Assembly (NCBI GenBank): GCA_041649255.1
Contig: JBAZNK010000006.1
Coordinates: 12,225-76,224 of the forward strand
DNA length: 64,000 bases
Direction of reading: 5' to 3'
Source: a bacterium
Lineage (GTDB): Bacteria > Hydrothermota > UBA3073 > JACQXS01 > JAQTXJ01
The notes below the pieces were generated by a model. That model saw nothing but the letters and a program-made list of their open reading frames with translations. It made no database searches and had not been told where the DNA came from. Shown here one piece after another: positions 47,588-57,571 of the stretch. Position numbers and translations under genes: made by a program. Within the stretch, counting starts at the first letter, position 1. Every line of letters begins with the position of its first letter.

Positions 47588-48133
47588 TTTAACTCTCCTT
47601 ATTTTTAATACAGAAAATCAAAATAAATAAATTTATAATTCATAAACGTTATTCCTTACTATAATTCATTGTTTGTTTTGTCAAATGTTTTTTAGTTACT
47701 AAGGGACAGGTATAAAATCTTAAATTCAAGGATATAAAATTCTATGCCAACTTTGATAAACTACCAAATAGGGGAGACTAAACTCTCGTAATCTCTTTCT
47801 CTACCTCAAATTCAACAGAGGGTGAATTGCGTCTCCAACACCAAGACATTATAGTCACTCAACTCACAATTAGATTACGTTTCTTGTTAGGGGGAACAGA
47901 TAAATAACAGATGGTTTTATACTCTATATTATTGGTTCTGTATCTCCAGCTGAGAAACGCCGCCATTTATACTAATAAAAAATCAACCATTAGATTAAAT
48001 TATTTTTTTCTTCTTGTCAACGGTTAACTTTTTTCTTGTATATGAAACCTTCAAAACATACTCATACCAATATAAAAATAAGTATATAAAATAGCAGGTA
48101 TAAAATTTGATTCTCTTATTAACTGGCTTTCTG

Positions 48134-48511
48134 TCACACAGATTTCCAAAACCCATGCACGTTACAATACGCTCTTGCCCATACAGTGCCAGAATTGACT
48201 TCGAATTCAACTTCAGGTTTATCACCGGGTTTTAAAAACTTTAGAAGGGTACCTTCTCCGGTAATTAACTCTACCCATTCTATATAATGCTTCTCTTCCA
48301 TAGGATGAGGAATAGAACCAACTTTAACCCTTACTGTATTCCCTGATTTTTCTACTACGGGAATATGTTTTTCTTTTCCCACGTCTTCGGTCTTTTCTTT
48401 TAATAACTCCATTGGTTTCCCACAACAAACAAGAATCCCGCCGCCAACATGCAAGACTTCTACAATATTCCCACAAATACTGCATTTATATGTCTGAAGT
48501 CTTTCTATCAT
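48134..48511 (-). CDS. dfx: Desulfoferrodoxin (2Fe superoxide reductase).
   Basis: N-terminal desulforedoxin site YKCSICGNIVEV...VCCG; C-terminal SOR domain EKHIPVVE...H...C..H (CNVHGFW). 125 aa. Confidence 0.85.
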   Translation of the reverse strand: MIERLQTYKCSICGNIVEVLHVGGGILVCCGKPMELLKEKTEDVGKEKHIPVVEKSGNTVRVKVGSIPHPMEEKHYIEWVELITGEGTLLKFLKPGDKPEVEFEVNSGTVWARAYCNVHGFWKSV

Positions 48512-48924
48512 TTTGCCCCCTTGCCATCACTATCTGCAAAGTCTTTTACGGATTTCGCTTTATAATCTTTAATCGCTTCATGAAGAGCATCTGCTGCTAA
48601 ATTAGAACAATGCATTTTTTGAGGAGGTAACCCCTCAAGCTCATTTGCCACATCATTACGGGTTATCTTCATTGCCTCATCAATATGCTTTCCCTTAGCC
48701 ATTTCCGTTACCATACTGCTGGTAGCTATCGCGGAACCACACCCAAAAGTCCTGAACTTTATATCCGTTATAATATCCTTTTCTACTTTAATATATATTT
48801 CCATTAAATCCCCGCAAACCGGGTTTCCAACTTTCCCATACCCATCAGCATTTTCTATAACCCCAACATTCCTTGGGTTCTGAAAATGCTCCATAACCTT
48901 ATCGGTATAGCCTATTTGTGCCAT
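48508..48924 (-). CDS. NifU/IscU-type Fe-S cluster assembly scaffold protein.
   Basis: HFQNPRNVGVIENADGYGKVGNPVCGDLMEIYIKV...FGCGSAIATSSMVTEM...HCSNLAADALHEAIKDY, the three conserved Cys of IscU. Confidence 0.85.
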   Translation of the reverse strand: MAQIGYTDKVMEHFQNPRNVGVIENADGYGKVGNPVCGDLMEIYIKVEKDIITDIKFRTFGCGSAIATSSMVTEMAKGKHIDEAMKITRNDVANELEGLPPQKMHCSNLAADALHEAIKDYKAKSVKDFADSDGKGAK

Positions 48925-48940
48925 ACAAATCCCCCCCTTT

Positions 48941-50092
48941 CTATAATGGTGATAGTTTTCTCAATCTTTCCACGGTTTCTTTTACTGCTTTTACCACAAC
49001 AGGTATTTCCTCCGGATTATTTGTGCGACCAAGCGTAAGTACCATTGAACCATGAGCTTCTTCGTGTTTTAAACCTATTGCCAATAAAGTATGTGACGGC
49101 TCCAATGTTTTTGAAGAACAGGCTGACCCTGTTGCTATTTGAATACCGTACATATCCATATTTAATAAAATACTTTCGCCTTCTATGCGATTAAACCTAA
49201 AACTTGCCTGATAGGGTAATCTTTGTGTAGGATGTCCCGTAAGATAAGAATTTTCTATTTTCAATATTCCGTCAATAAGCTCGTCCCTCATTTTTATAAG
49301 CCTCTTCGCTTCTTCATCCATTTCTTTTTTTGCTATTCTTGAAGCTTCTCCCATCCCGGCAATTGCAAATAAGTTTTCGGTTCCGGAACGTATTCCCTTC
49401 TCCTGTCCCCCCCCTAAAATTATTGGTTGAATCTTTACTCCCGGTTTTATATACAACGCGCCTATTCCTTGTGGACCATACATATCATTAGACGACAATG
49501 TCAATAAATCTATCCCGTCTTTTTGCACATCTATTAGTATATGTCCCGCCGCCGCCGTTGCATCACTGTGAAAATACCCACCTTTTTTATGAACCATTTC
49601 ACTTATCTCTTTCACAGGCTCTATGGTTCCTATTTCACTGTTTGCATACATTACGGAAGTTATTACAACATCGCTGCTCAGAATATTGTTTAACTTCTCA
49701 ATATCCACGACGCCATAAGAATCTACAGGTACGATACTAAACTCAATTCCGATTTTCAGCAGTTCTTTCATAGAGTTAAGAACCGAAATGTGCTCTATAT
49801 CACTGGAAACAACTCTTCTTTTCTTTTCTTTGTTCCTAAGCGCCACTCCTTTAATGGCTAAATTATTGGTTTCTGTCGCTCCACTTGTAAATATAATACA
49901 ATTTTCATTTTCCGCATTAATAAGTTCTGCAACTTTTACTCTTGCCTCTTCTATAACTCTTTTAGCTTCTAATCCCGCCGAATGAAGAGACGACGGATTG
50001 CCAAAAGTATCTTTAAGGTATTCCCCTATAAATTCAGATACTCTGGGGTCAACAGGTCTTGCAGAAGCATTATCCAAATATATGTTTTTCAT
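48941..50092 (-). CDS. Cysteine desulfurase (NifS/IscS family, class V aminotransferase).
   Basis: Start chosen at MKNIYLDNASARPVDP. SSLHSAG, FTSGATETNNLAIKG, SDIEHISVL, and the C-terminal catalytic-loop region ATGSACSSKTLEPSHTLLAIG. Confidence 0.85.
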   Translation of the reverse strand: MKNIYLDNASARPVDPRVSEFIGEYLKDTFGNPSSLHSAGLEAKRVIEEARVKVAELINAENENCIIFTSGATETNNLAIKGVALRNKEKKRRVVSSDIEHISVLNSMKELLKIGIEFSIVPVDSYGVVDIEKLNNILSSDVVITSVMYANSEIGTIEPVKEISEMVHKKGGYFHSDATAAAGHILIDVQKDGIDLLTLSSNDMYGPQGIGALYIKPGVKIQPIILGGGQEKGIRSGTENLFAIAGMGEASRIAKKEMDEEAKRLIKMRDELIDGILKIENSYLTGHPTQRLPYQASFRFNRIEGESILLNMDMYGIQIATGSACSSKTLEPSHTLLAIGLKHEEAHGSMVLTLGRTNNPEEIPVVVKAVKETVERLRKLSPL

Positions 50093-50096
50093 TTTA

Positions 50097-50456
50097 TTAA
50101 AAACTAATAACCCTATCTGCTTCAAGGGCTAAATCATTAAGCGTTGCTGCTCCGGAAATCTTTACTTCGGGAATAAAATCCCCTCTTGCCATTCCAAAAA
50201 GTTGCGTACTCTGCTCACACACGAACAATTTAACTCCGGCAGCTATTGCCTGGTCCATAAACTTTTTAACCGGAGGCATATTTCCTATTTTAACTTTCTC
50301 TGCCTCGCCTTTTTTAACAACCGTTACTCCTTTAATAAGAAAAAATATGGATGTCTCCACATTCATAGAAGCAGCTGCAATTGAAAGCACAAACGGAGCA
50401 TATAAACGTTCAGGAGTATCTACTCCGCTACTCTGTACATAAAGTATCTTGCTCAT
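50097..50456 (-). CDS. DsrE/DsrF/TusD-like sulfur-relay family protein.
   Basis: 119 aa. PFVLSIAAASMNVETSIFFLIKGVTVV...GVKLFVCEQSTQLFGM has the typical DsrE fold pattern with a conserved Cys. Confidence 0.6.
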   Translation of the reverse strand: MSKILYVQSSGVDTPERLYAPFVLSIAAASMNVETSIFFLIKGVTVVKKGEAEKVKIGNMPPVKKFMDQAIAAGVKLFVCEQSTQLFGMARGDFIPEVKISGAATLNDLALEADRVISF

Positions 50457-50469
50457 AGTTCTCCTTGTA

Positions 50470-50709
50470 TTAGTTAAGCTTTTTTATAAAAAAAGTCAAT
50501 ATTGTTTCTTCTTTTTTAAATTCAACAATCTCCTGCCCCATTCTTTTCGCCCATCTTTTTATATCTTCTTCCGCTGCAGGGTCATCCGTTGTTACTTTTA
50601 ATATCTTTCCTATATCAAGCTTTTCTATTTCTTCTTTTGTCATAGCAATAGGCATAGGGCAGTAAAGCCCAATACAATCTAATTCGGCATCCGGTATAAT
50701 ATTCGACAT
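50470..50709 (-). CDS. TusA-like sulfurtransferase (SirA/YedF/YeeD family).
   Basis: 79 aa. LDCIGLYCPMPIAMTKEEIEKLDIGKILKVTTDDPAAEEDIKRWAKRMGQEIV with the CPxP motif. Confidence 0.8.
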   Translation of the reverse strand: MSNIIPDAELDCIGLYCPMPIAMTKEEIEKLDIGKILKVTTDDPAAEEDIKRWAKRMGQEIVEFKKEETILTFFIKKLN

Positions 50710-50711
50710 TT

Positions 50712-51200
50712 CTACTTTCTCCTCGATAGCTCTTTATCAAATACTGCTAACTTACTTTTAGAATTGCCTATAAGTTTAAGTCTTTTTACAATCTTACTTG
50801 CATTTTCTTCTTCCTCAACCTGTTCTTTTACAAACCACTGCAAGAAAGCTTTTGTTTCAGAATCTTTTTCCATTCCGGCAAGTTCAATAAGTTTATTTAT
50901 TAATCCTGTCACCTTTTTCTCATGTCTATACGTATCTTCAAACACATCAAGCGGAGATTTCCAGTCTGAAGGCGGAGAAGCAATACCTGAAAGTATTACT
51001 CTATTTTTTTGCTCAACCAGATAATTAAACATCTTCATCGCATGTTCTAACTCTTCCCGCGCCTGAACTTTCATCCAGTTAGCAAACCCGCTAAGATTAA
51101 TAGATTCAAAATAAGTAGCCATTGATAGATAAAAATAAGAAGAATATAGTTCCCAATTTATTTGCTTATTCAGTGCTTTTTCCATTTTCTTTTTAATCAT
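50712..51200 (-). CDS. Ferritin (non-heme, Ftn-like).
   Basis: Ferroxidase ligand pattern EELEHAMKMFNYL...EDTYRHEKKVTGLINKL...FLQWFVKEQVEEE. Confidence 0.8.
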   Translation of the reverse strand: MIKKKMEKALNKQINWELYSSYFYLSMATYFESINLSGFANWMKVQAREELEHAMKMFNYLVEQKNRVILSGIASPPSDWKSPLDVFEDTYRHEKKVTGLINKLIELAGMEKDSETKAFLQWFVKEQVEEEENASKIVKRLKLIGNSKSKLAVFDKELSRRK

Positions 51201-51217
51201 AAATTCTCCTTACAATC

Positions 51218-51379
51218 CTATTCCATCTTGTCAAACTGGTCTTTACCAACCCCGCATAACGGACATACCCAATTATCCGGTATTTCTTCAAAAGATGTTC
51301 CGGGTGTTATTCCTGAATCAGGATCACCTGCGTCAGGGTCATAAATATACCCACAAACTTTGCATATATATTTATCCAT
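51218..51379 (-). CDS. Rubredoxin of 53 aa; not in the supplied ORF track because it is under 60 aa.
   Basis: Hand translation: [53 protein letters not shown], with CxxCG...CPxCG motifs. It lies between the ferritin and FDP genes. Confidence 0.85.
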   Translation of the reverse strand: MDKYICKVCGYIYDPDAGDPDSGITPGTSFEEIPDNWVCPLCGVGKDQFDKME

Positions 51380-51452
51380 TTTCTTCTCCTTAGTTGGACT
51401 TTCCCGCCATGGCGGGATTAGACCAACTTATCCAGCTATGTTGGGCTGGATT

Positions 51453-52637
51453 TTAACTGTTTATTAAACTTTTATGGTTTTCAAAAACACTGTCTGCCAA
51501 TCTATCCAGCGCTTCAAAATCTTCTTTCTTTGGTAAGCCTTTACATAATACGGCATCCAATATTTTCACTTCCAATCCTGAAATAATACTTGCAAGTTGT
51601 TCAACTGTCTTTCCACCCCAACCATAAGAACCAATTAAAGAAACAAATCTTAATTTAGGCCTTAATATTTTTACAAGATACGTTGCATAAACAGCAAGCG
51701 GATGCGCTCCGGCTAATACAGTAGGCACACCTATTACAACGGTAGCAGCATCTACTAACGACATTGCCAATTCCCCTATGTCACTGTCTGCAAGGTTAAA
51801 CTGCTTAACGGCTATTCCTCTTGCAATCAAAGCTTCTGCAAAATATTCTACCATTTTTCTTGTGCTATTATGCATACTCACATAAGGAATTACAACTATA
51901 TTTTGCGGTGCATCAAATATCCAGTGTTTATAAGCATCAATTATAAAAGTAGGTTTATTGTGTATGGGACCATGACTTGGCGCGATAATATCTATATTTA
52001 TACCCTCTATTTTTTCTAAATTCTTCTGTATTATCGTTCTAAAAGGCATCATAATTTCTGCATAATACCTTTTTGCCGATTCATAAATCTTTGTTTCATC
52101 TTTTACAAATAAATCACTTGTTGCAAAATGAGCGCCAAAAAGGTCACACGAAAATAAAATCTTATCTTCCCTTAAATAAGTTATCATTGTTTCAGGCCAG
52201 TGAACCCAAGGGAAATGCATAAATTCAAGTGTTTTATCACCTAATGACAACGTTTCTCTATCTTCCACAGATATAATCTTATCTTCAGACACTTCCAATA
52301 AATTAATAAGCATAGTTTTGCATTTGGAAGTAGTTACTACTTTGGCTTCCGGATATATTTTTAAAATATCGGGCAAACTGCCGGAATGGTCTTGCTCGGC
52401 ATGATTAATTATAACATAATCTATTTTTTTTACGCTTAACTGATTCAACCTATCTATAAGGATGTATGTTTTAGACGGGTCAACAGTATCTACCAATGCC
52501 GTTTTATCACTACCTTTAATTAAATAAGAATTATAACTTGTTCCGTTTGGCAAAGGTATAAGCTCGTCAAATAATCTTCTATCCCAATCAACGGCTCCAA
52601 CCCAGTAAACATTTGGTTTCAACTCTCTCGCGTTCAT
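51453..52637 (-). CDS. Flavodiiron protein (FprA/ROO-type O2/NO reductase).
   Basis: Metallo-beta-lactamase-like diiron domain ...TSYNSYLIKGSDKTALVDTVD...IDYVIINHAEQDHSGSLP... plus a C-terminal flavodoxin-like domain. 394 aa. Confidence 0.85.
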   Translation of the reverse strand: MNARELKPNVYWVGAVDWDRRLFDELIPLPNGTSYNSYLIKGSDKTALVDTVDPSKTYILIDRLNQLSVKKIDYVIINHAEQDHSGSLPDILKIYPEAKVVTTSKCKTMLINLLEVSEDKIISVEDRETLSLGDKTLEFMHFPWVHWPETMITYLREDKILFSCDLFGAHFATSDLFVKDETKIYESAKRYYAEIMMPFRTIIQKNLEKIEGINIDIIAPSHGPIHNKPTFIIDAYKHWIFDAPQNIVVIPYVSMHNSTRKMVEYFAEALIARGIAVKQFNLADSDIGELAMSLVDAATVVIGVPTVLAGAHPLAVYATYLVKILRPKLRFVSLIGSYGWGGKTVEQLASIISGLEVKILDAVLCKGLPKKEDFEALDRLADSVFENHKSLINS

Positions 52638-52658
52638 TTTAACCTCACTTTCATTTTG

Positions 52659-53006
52659 TTAAGCCCTTATCATTACTAACATCATTTTATATTGAGTTAT
52701 TGCTTTTAATGAATGCGGCTGATTAGCCGGCATTATCATCGTCTCGCCTGTTTTAACTATAGACGGTTTCCCGGATATGGTAATTTCCGCTTCCCCATCA
52801 ATAATGCAAACCATAGCATCAAAAGAAGCTGTATGTTCGCTTAATCCTTGTCCTTTATCAAAAGAGAATACGGTTACCGTTCCTATTTTTTTATCTATAA
52901 TAGTTTTACTTACAACTGAATCCTTTTGATATTCTACAAAATCAACTAACTTATGTGGTTTTAATGATAAACATTCCGAGCATAATTGTTCTTTGTTACA
53001 TTCCAC
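52659..53006 (-). CDS. Cupin-domain protein.
   Basis: GLSEHTASFDAMVCIIDGEAEITISGKPSIVKTGETMIMPANQPHSL is a cupin_2-like two-motif core. Confidence 0.65.
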   Translation of the reverse strand: MECNKEQLCSECLSLKPHKLVDFVEYQKDSVVSKTIIDKKIGTVTVFSFDKGQGLSEHTASFDAMVCIIDGEAEITISGKPSIVKTGETMIMPANQPHSLKAITQYKMMLVMIRA

Positions 53007-53019
53007 TTTCCCTCCAATT

Positions 53020-54306
53020 TTAAGACAATATCTCTTTTATATCTTTGTCCGGTTCGCTTATAAGTCTTATATCGTAATTATCCTGAAGGACTTTTAATAT
53101 ATCTCCATTTACCCATGCCGGCAATATCGGACCAAGATATATTCCTTTTATCCCGAGCGACAAAAGACTCCATAAAATAGCCACTGCTTTTTGTTCTGTC
53201 CAACTCAATACCAGAGTCAAAGGCAATTTATTAATTTCAACTCCAAACAACTCGAAAAGCGCTGCAGCAATTTCAATCGCCACTATTGAATCGTTACACT
53301 GCCCAAGGTCTATCAATCTTGGGATACCTTCAATATCACCTAAATCCAAATCATTTATCCTGTATTTCCCACAGGCAAGAGTAAGAATAATCGTATCTTT
53401 AGGTAGTTTTTTTGCAAACTCTCTATAATATTCACCTTTTCCAATCGGCGAATCACATCCACCTATAAGAAAGAAATGACGGATTTTCCCGCTCATTACC
53501 AGTTCTTTGATTTTTCCCGCAAGAGACATAATAACCGATTTGGAAAATCCTGTTGTAAACACCACATCTCCCTTACTTTCTTCAAGCTCGGGTAAAGATT
53601 TCGCTTTTTCTATAACAGGCGTAAAATCATAATTATCTATATGTTTTACATCGGGCAACCTTACGGGACCGGTTGTAAACATTCTATCCTTATAATCGTC
53701 TTTTGGTATAAGAGCGCAGTTTGATGTTGCAAGAATAGCCATTGGATATTGCGAAAATATTTTTTTCTGGTCAAACCAGGCTTTACCAATGTTACCAACA
53801 AGATGTTTGTATTTTTTCAATCCAGGATAACCATGAGCAGGCAACATTTCGGAATGAGTGTAAACGTTTATTCCCATACCTTCCGTTTGCTTTAGTAAAT
53901 GCTCAAGAGCTTTTAATCCGTGTCCGGTAACGATAATGCCACGTCCTTTGAATATCCCCGTCTGAACTTTAACCGGAATAGGTTCTCCATACGTATCAAT
54001 ATATGCTTTTTTTAGGAGTTTCATTGTCTTTATGTTCATTTGCCCTGCCTCAACAGCCAATTGAACATAACTTCCTGCATCAAAATTTACGTTCGTAAAC
54101 GTAGAATAAAATGCTTTTTCTAAAAATCCGTCTATATCAGGATCAGTAAAACCAAGCTCCCTTGCGTGATATAAATAAGCAGACATACCTTTGATTATAA
54201 ATATTAAATTATCAAGCAATTTCGCTACTGTAGGACTTTTTCCACATACACCCTTTACAGTACATCCGGTTCCGTTTGCAGTCTGGGAACATTGATAACA
54301 AAACAT
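53020..54306 (-). CDS. hcp: Hybrid-cluster protein / hydroxylamine reductase (Hcp; short class).
   Basis: Start chosen at [23 protein letters not shown] (N-terminal Cys cluster); conserved ...[16 protein letters not shown]...NCALIP... regions. Confidence 0.8.
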   Translation of the reverse strand: MFCYQCSQTANGTGCTVKGVCGKSPTVAKLLDNLIFIIKGMSAYLYHARELGFTDPDIDGFLEKAFYSTFTNVNFDAGSYVQLAVEAGQMNIKTMKLLKKAYIDTYGEPIPVKVQTGIFKGRGIIVTGHGLKALEHLLKQTEGMGINVYTHSEMLPAHGYPGLKKYKHLVGNIGKAWFDQKKIFSQYPMAILATSNCALIPKDDYKDRMFTTGPVRLPDVKHIDNYDFTPVIEKAKSLPELEESKGDVVFTTGFSKSVIMSLAGKIKELVMSGKIRHFFLIGGCDSPIGKGEYYREFAKKLPKDTIILTLACGKYRINDLDLGDIEGIPRLIDLGQCNDSIVAIEIAAALFELFGVEINKLPLTLVLSWTEQKAVAILWSLLSLGIKGIYLGPILPAWVNGDILKVLQDNYDIRLISEPDKDIKEILS

Positions 54307-54358
54307 ATCTATAGTTTTCTGTCGGCAGTCAGTTTTTTCCATCGCCTCCCCCTATTTG

Positions 54359-54802
54359 CTATTTTTTATTATTTTTCTTTATATCTTTCTTATTACAATT
54401 CGAACATAATCCGTATAAATACGCCTGAATTTCTCCTACCTTACATCCTTCCAATTGCCCTGCCTTTACTATTGGACAGGTATTTATACATTCGGACTCA
54501 ATATCAATTATATTATCACAATTCAAACACAAAAAATGATGATGATTTTTGGAATTAAAATCAAAACAAGCCTTCCCCCTCTTTCTAATGGAAAGCTCCT
54601 GAATATATCCATTCGCTTTCAATAATTCTAACGTAGAATATACGGTAGCTATAGACATAGAAGGATATTTCTCTTCAAGCGCTTTGTAAATATCTTCAGC
54701 AGTGGGATGATTAAAATTGTTCTTCAAAAACTCTATTATCGCCATTCTTTGCGGAGTCAAAGTTATTCCCTTCACCTTCAAATCCTTAATAATATGTTTC
54801 AT
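54359..54802 (-). CDS. Fur-family transcriptional regulator, probably PerR-like given the operon context.
   Basis: TPQRMAIIEFLKNNFNHPTAEDIYKAL...IATVYSTLELLKANGYIQE...HHHFLCLNCDNIIDIE...CSNC. It is the first gene of the minus-strand operon 54802 to 48134. Confidence 0.8.
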   Translation of the reverse strand: MKHIIKDLKVKGITLTPQRMAIIEFLKNNFNHPTAEDIYKALEEKYPSMSIATVYSTLELLKANGYIQELSIRKRGKACFDFNSKNHHHFLCLNCDNIIDIESECINTCPIVKAGQLEGCKVGEIQAYLYGLCSNCNKKDIKKNNKK

Positions 54803-54917
54803 AGTATTTGTGAAATTAAATTAAAATAATACTTTGTCAAGAAAAAATTCAGAATTGAAATGATTTTAATCTAAGAATGATATTAGAGAGTATCTATGCT
54901 GAGTAGATTATGTTTTT

Positions 54918-55682
54918 TTACACTTTTAATATAAAAGAGCTGAAAATAATAAACATCATGCCTATGATGATGCCTAATATTGGTAAGTGTTCCTCCCCGA
55001 AACTTTTTGATAGTGGAATCAATTCGTCAAGTGATATAAAAATCATAATTCCGGCCACAATTCCAAGCGTCCAACCTAATACGGTTGCATTTAAAATTGG
55101 AGCAAGTATAAAACATGCCATTAATGCACCCAGTGGTTCTGCAAGTCCGGGAAAAAAAGACCATAAGAAAGCTTTTCTACGATTACAGGTTGCCGCATAA
55201 ACAGGAATTGCAACTGCCAACCCTTCCGGAATATTATGTAATGCAATTGCAACTGCAATCATACCCCCTAATTTCACATCTTTCAGTGTGCTTACAAAAG
55301 TAACGATACCTTCAGGGAAATTATGAATTCCTATGCCTAATGCAATAAGTAATCCTGCACGAAGAAGTTTATCGCTTTGTTTCATCGGGAAACAGTCTTT
55401 CTGACCAATATATTCATGCGGAATAAAATAATCAATTAAAAACATAACGCCCATCCCAACAAGAAATCCAATATTTGCAGATAAAAACCCAATAGATTCA
55501 ATACTATTAGCTAACAATTCAACAAAAGACACCATAATCATTACACCTGCTGAAAAACCTAGCACAAAACTCATAAGGCGGTCGCTCGGTTTTTTTATAG
55601 ATATGCCAAATAAACTGCCTATTGTAGTAGACAACCCTGCCATTGCGCTCATTAATAAAGCAATTTCTATATGATTATTCAT
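54918..55682 (-). CDS. zupT: ZIP-family metal transporter (ZupT-like).
   Basis: LGIGIHNFPEGIVTFVS...AIALHNIPEGLAVAIPVYAAT; 8 TM segments; 254 aa. Confidence 0.8.
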   Translation of the reverse strand: MNNHIEIALLMSAMAGLSTTIGSLFGISIKKPSDRLMSFVLGFSAGVMIMVSFVELLANSIESIGFLSANIGFLVGMGVMFLIDYFIPHEYIGQKDCFPMKQSDKLLRAGLLIALGIGIHNFPEGIVTFVSTLKDVKLGGMIAVAIALHNIPEGLAVAIPVYAATCNRRKAFLWSFFPGLAEPLGALMACFILAPILNATVLGWTLGIVAGIMIFISLDELIPLSKSFGEEHLPILGIIIGMMFIIFSSFILKV

Positions 55683-55700
55683 TTAATATTTTTTTATACT

Positions 55701-56627
55701 CTATTTTTCCATTATAACTGTATTTTGTAAAATACCAAGTTTTTCTACTTCTATAGTAATTTTATCGCCTTCTTTAAGAAAAACCGGCGGGTTACGAAAA
55801 ACTCCCACCCCATTCGGAGTTCCCGTTGTAACAACATCTCCCGGGACTAAAGGAAATACATTGGATATGAAATTTACAAGATACGGGATATTAAATATCA
55901 TATTTTTCGTATTCGAGTCCTGCATAGTATTTTTATTCAAAGTTACTTTTATATTGAGGTTATGCGGGTCTTCTATTTCATCTTTAGTAACTAAAAATGG
56001 CCCCATAGGAGCAAACGTATCAAAACTTTTTCCTCTTAACCATTGTTTGTCGGAGAATTGTATGTCTCTTGCGCTTACGTCATTGCAAATAGTATATCCA
56101 AAAATATAATCCATAGCGTCTTCTATGGGAATATTTTTTCCTTTTTTCCCTATAACAAAGGCTAGTTCACCTTCGAAATCCAATTGTTCCGTTTGCCGGG
56201 GGCGTATGATATTATCCCCATATCCTATTATAGCTGTGTTAAACTTCGAAAAAAGTATTGGATTTTTAGGAATCGTTATATTCTGTTCTAAACAATGGTC
56301 TTTATAATTCAACCCGATACAAATGAGTTTATGTGGGTTTAAAATTGGGGCAGCTATTTGCACATCACTAACTTTGTATATTATATCTTTTTTTGATAAT
56401 TCATTATATTTATCAGGATCTGTTATAATACTCTGTAGTTTTTCATTTAATTCTTTTAGTTCACTTAAAATATCTTCCCTTTCAATTAAAGAGAGCATGT
56501 CTTTTAACCATATAGGCGAGAGCTTTTCGGTAAAATAGGTGTACGTTTTATCAAGTCTAAATAAATTATCTCCAAGTTTTAAACCTATAAAAATTTTATT
56601 GTTAAATTTGAAAGTCGCAAGGTACAT
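55701..56627 (-). CDS. Fumarylacetoacetate hydrolase (FAH) family protein.
   Basis: ICIGLNYKDH...FEGELAFVIGKKGKNI...GYTICNDVSARD...RGKSFDTFAPMGPFLVT...PGDVVTTGTPNGVG. Confidence 0.8.
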   Translation of the reverse strand: MYLATFKFNNKIFIGLKLGDNLFRLDKTYTYFTEKLSPIWLKDMLSLIEREDILSELKELNEKLQSIITDPDKYNELSKKDIIYKVSDVQIAAPILNPHKLICIGLNYKDHCLEQNITIPKNPILFSKFNTAIIGYGDNIIRPRQTEQLDFEGELAFVIGKKGKNIPIEDAMDYIFGYTICNDVSARDIQFSDKQWLRGKSFDTFAPMGPFLVTKDEIEDPHNLNIKVTLNKNTMQDSNTKNMIFNIPYLVNFISNVFPLVPGDVVTTGTPNGVGVFRNPPVFLKEGDKITIEVEKLGILQNTVIMEK

Positions 56628-56645
56628 TATATCCCCCTTTGTTTT

Positions 56646-57566
56646 TTACTCTTTTCGCAAGCCTATCCATAAAAATTTCTTATAAATATCGCGTGTAGCA
56701 AATATTCTGGTTATTGTAAATGCTACGATAGCTTTAGTTGCTATAATCCATATCAGGTTTCCCCCTAAAAGTCCGAATAACATTGTATCTTCCACTGCCG
56801 CATGTGCTACACATAAAAAAGTAGTTATTAAACACACATCCCTGTGATTAAGTTTTTGATTTTTTGTGAGTTGAAAAAGTATCCCTGCGCTATATGCAAT
56901 TCCAACAATAAATGCTATAATCCACGGTACAAAAGCTGAATCACTAAAACCAATTATTTTAGAGATTGGTTTGAATTTCTGTTTTATAACGCCCTTATGC
57001 TTCCACAACATTACTAATTCATACATTAACATTATTAAAAATATAATAACTACTATCTGAAGACATGTAATCCCTATTTTTTGAAAACTTTTAAGCCAGG
57101 AGAAATCGTTTGCCTTATAATATGGGCTTAATCTTACTCCTTTTATATTTTGAGGTAGTATCAAATTTATGAGAACTCCGGTTATGAGTCCAACGGCTAT
57201 TCTGAAAAAAGCAATCCTAAAGTTTGCCATCTTTAATTTAATCAGAACCCCTGTTTCCACAATTAAATTATGTGATATCCCTATTACAATCCCGAGAATT
57301 GTAACCTGTCTGGGTGTTAAATCAAATGCAGCCATTGTTCCAAGTGCTGCATATATGTTGTTCGTGAATCCTGCAATCAAAGTAATGGCAGTTTCTCCCG
57401 GCAATCCTATTAATCTCATCATTGGAGCAAAAAAAGGAGCGATAAAATCAATGAATCCTATTTGTTTAAGAAAAATAGTTAACAGGGATAATGGAATATA
57501 TACCTGTATTAACATCCACGATACTTTTAATGAATCCTTTAATGCCTTTTGAAAAGCTTCTTTCAT
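56646..57566 (-). CDS. Membrane protein with nucleoside-recognition (Gate) domains.
   Basis: Start chosen at MKEAFQK. FAPMMRLIGLPGETAITLIAGFTNNIYAALGTM; the repeated Gate-like halves are typical of YjiH/SpmA/B-like transport proteins. Confidence 0.55.
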   Translation of the reverse strand: MKEAFQKALKDSLKVSWMLIQVYIPLSLLTIFLKQIGFIDFIAPFFAPMMRLIGLPGETAITLIAGFTNNIYAALGTMAAFDLTPRQVTILGIVIGISHNLIVETGVLIKLKMANFRIAFFRIAVGLITGVLINLILPQNIKGVRLSPYYKANDFSWLKSFQKIGITCLQIVVIIFLIMLMYELVMLWKHKGVIKQKFKPISKIIGFSDSAFVPWIIAFIVGIAYSAGILFQLTKNQKLNHRDVCLITTFLCVAHAAVEDTMLFGLLGGNLIWIIATKAIVAFTITRIFATRDIYKKFLWIGLRKE

Positions 57567-57571
57567 ATGTT

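Noticed and set aside
47588-48133. Long AT-rich intergenic region scanned for a tRNA or other RNA gene.
   Set aside because: No tRNA-like acceptor/T-arm pattern (GGTTCGAATCC-type) and no recognisable conserved RNA motif. It is probably promoter/terminator spacer separating the cargo island from the stress operon.
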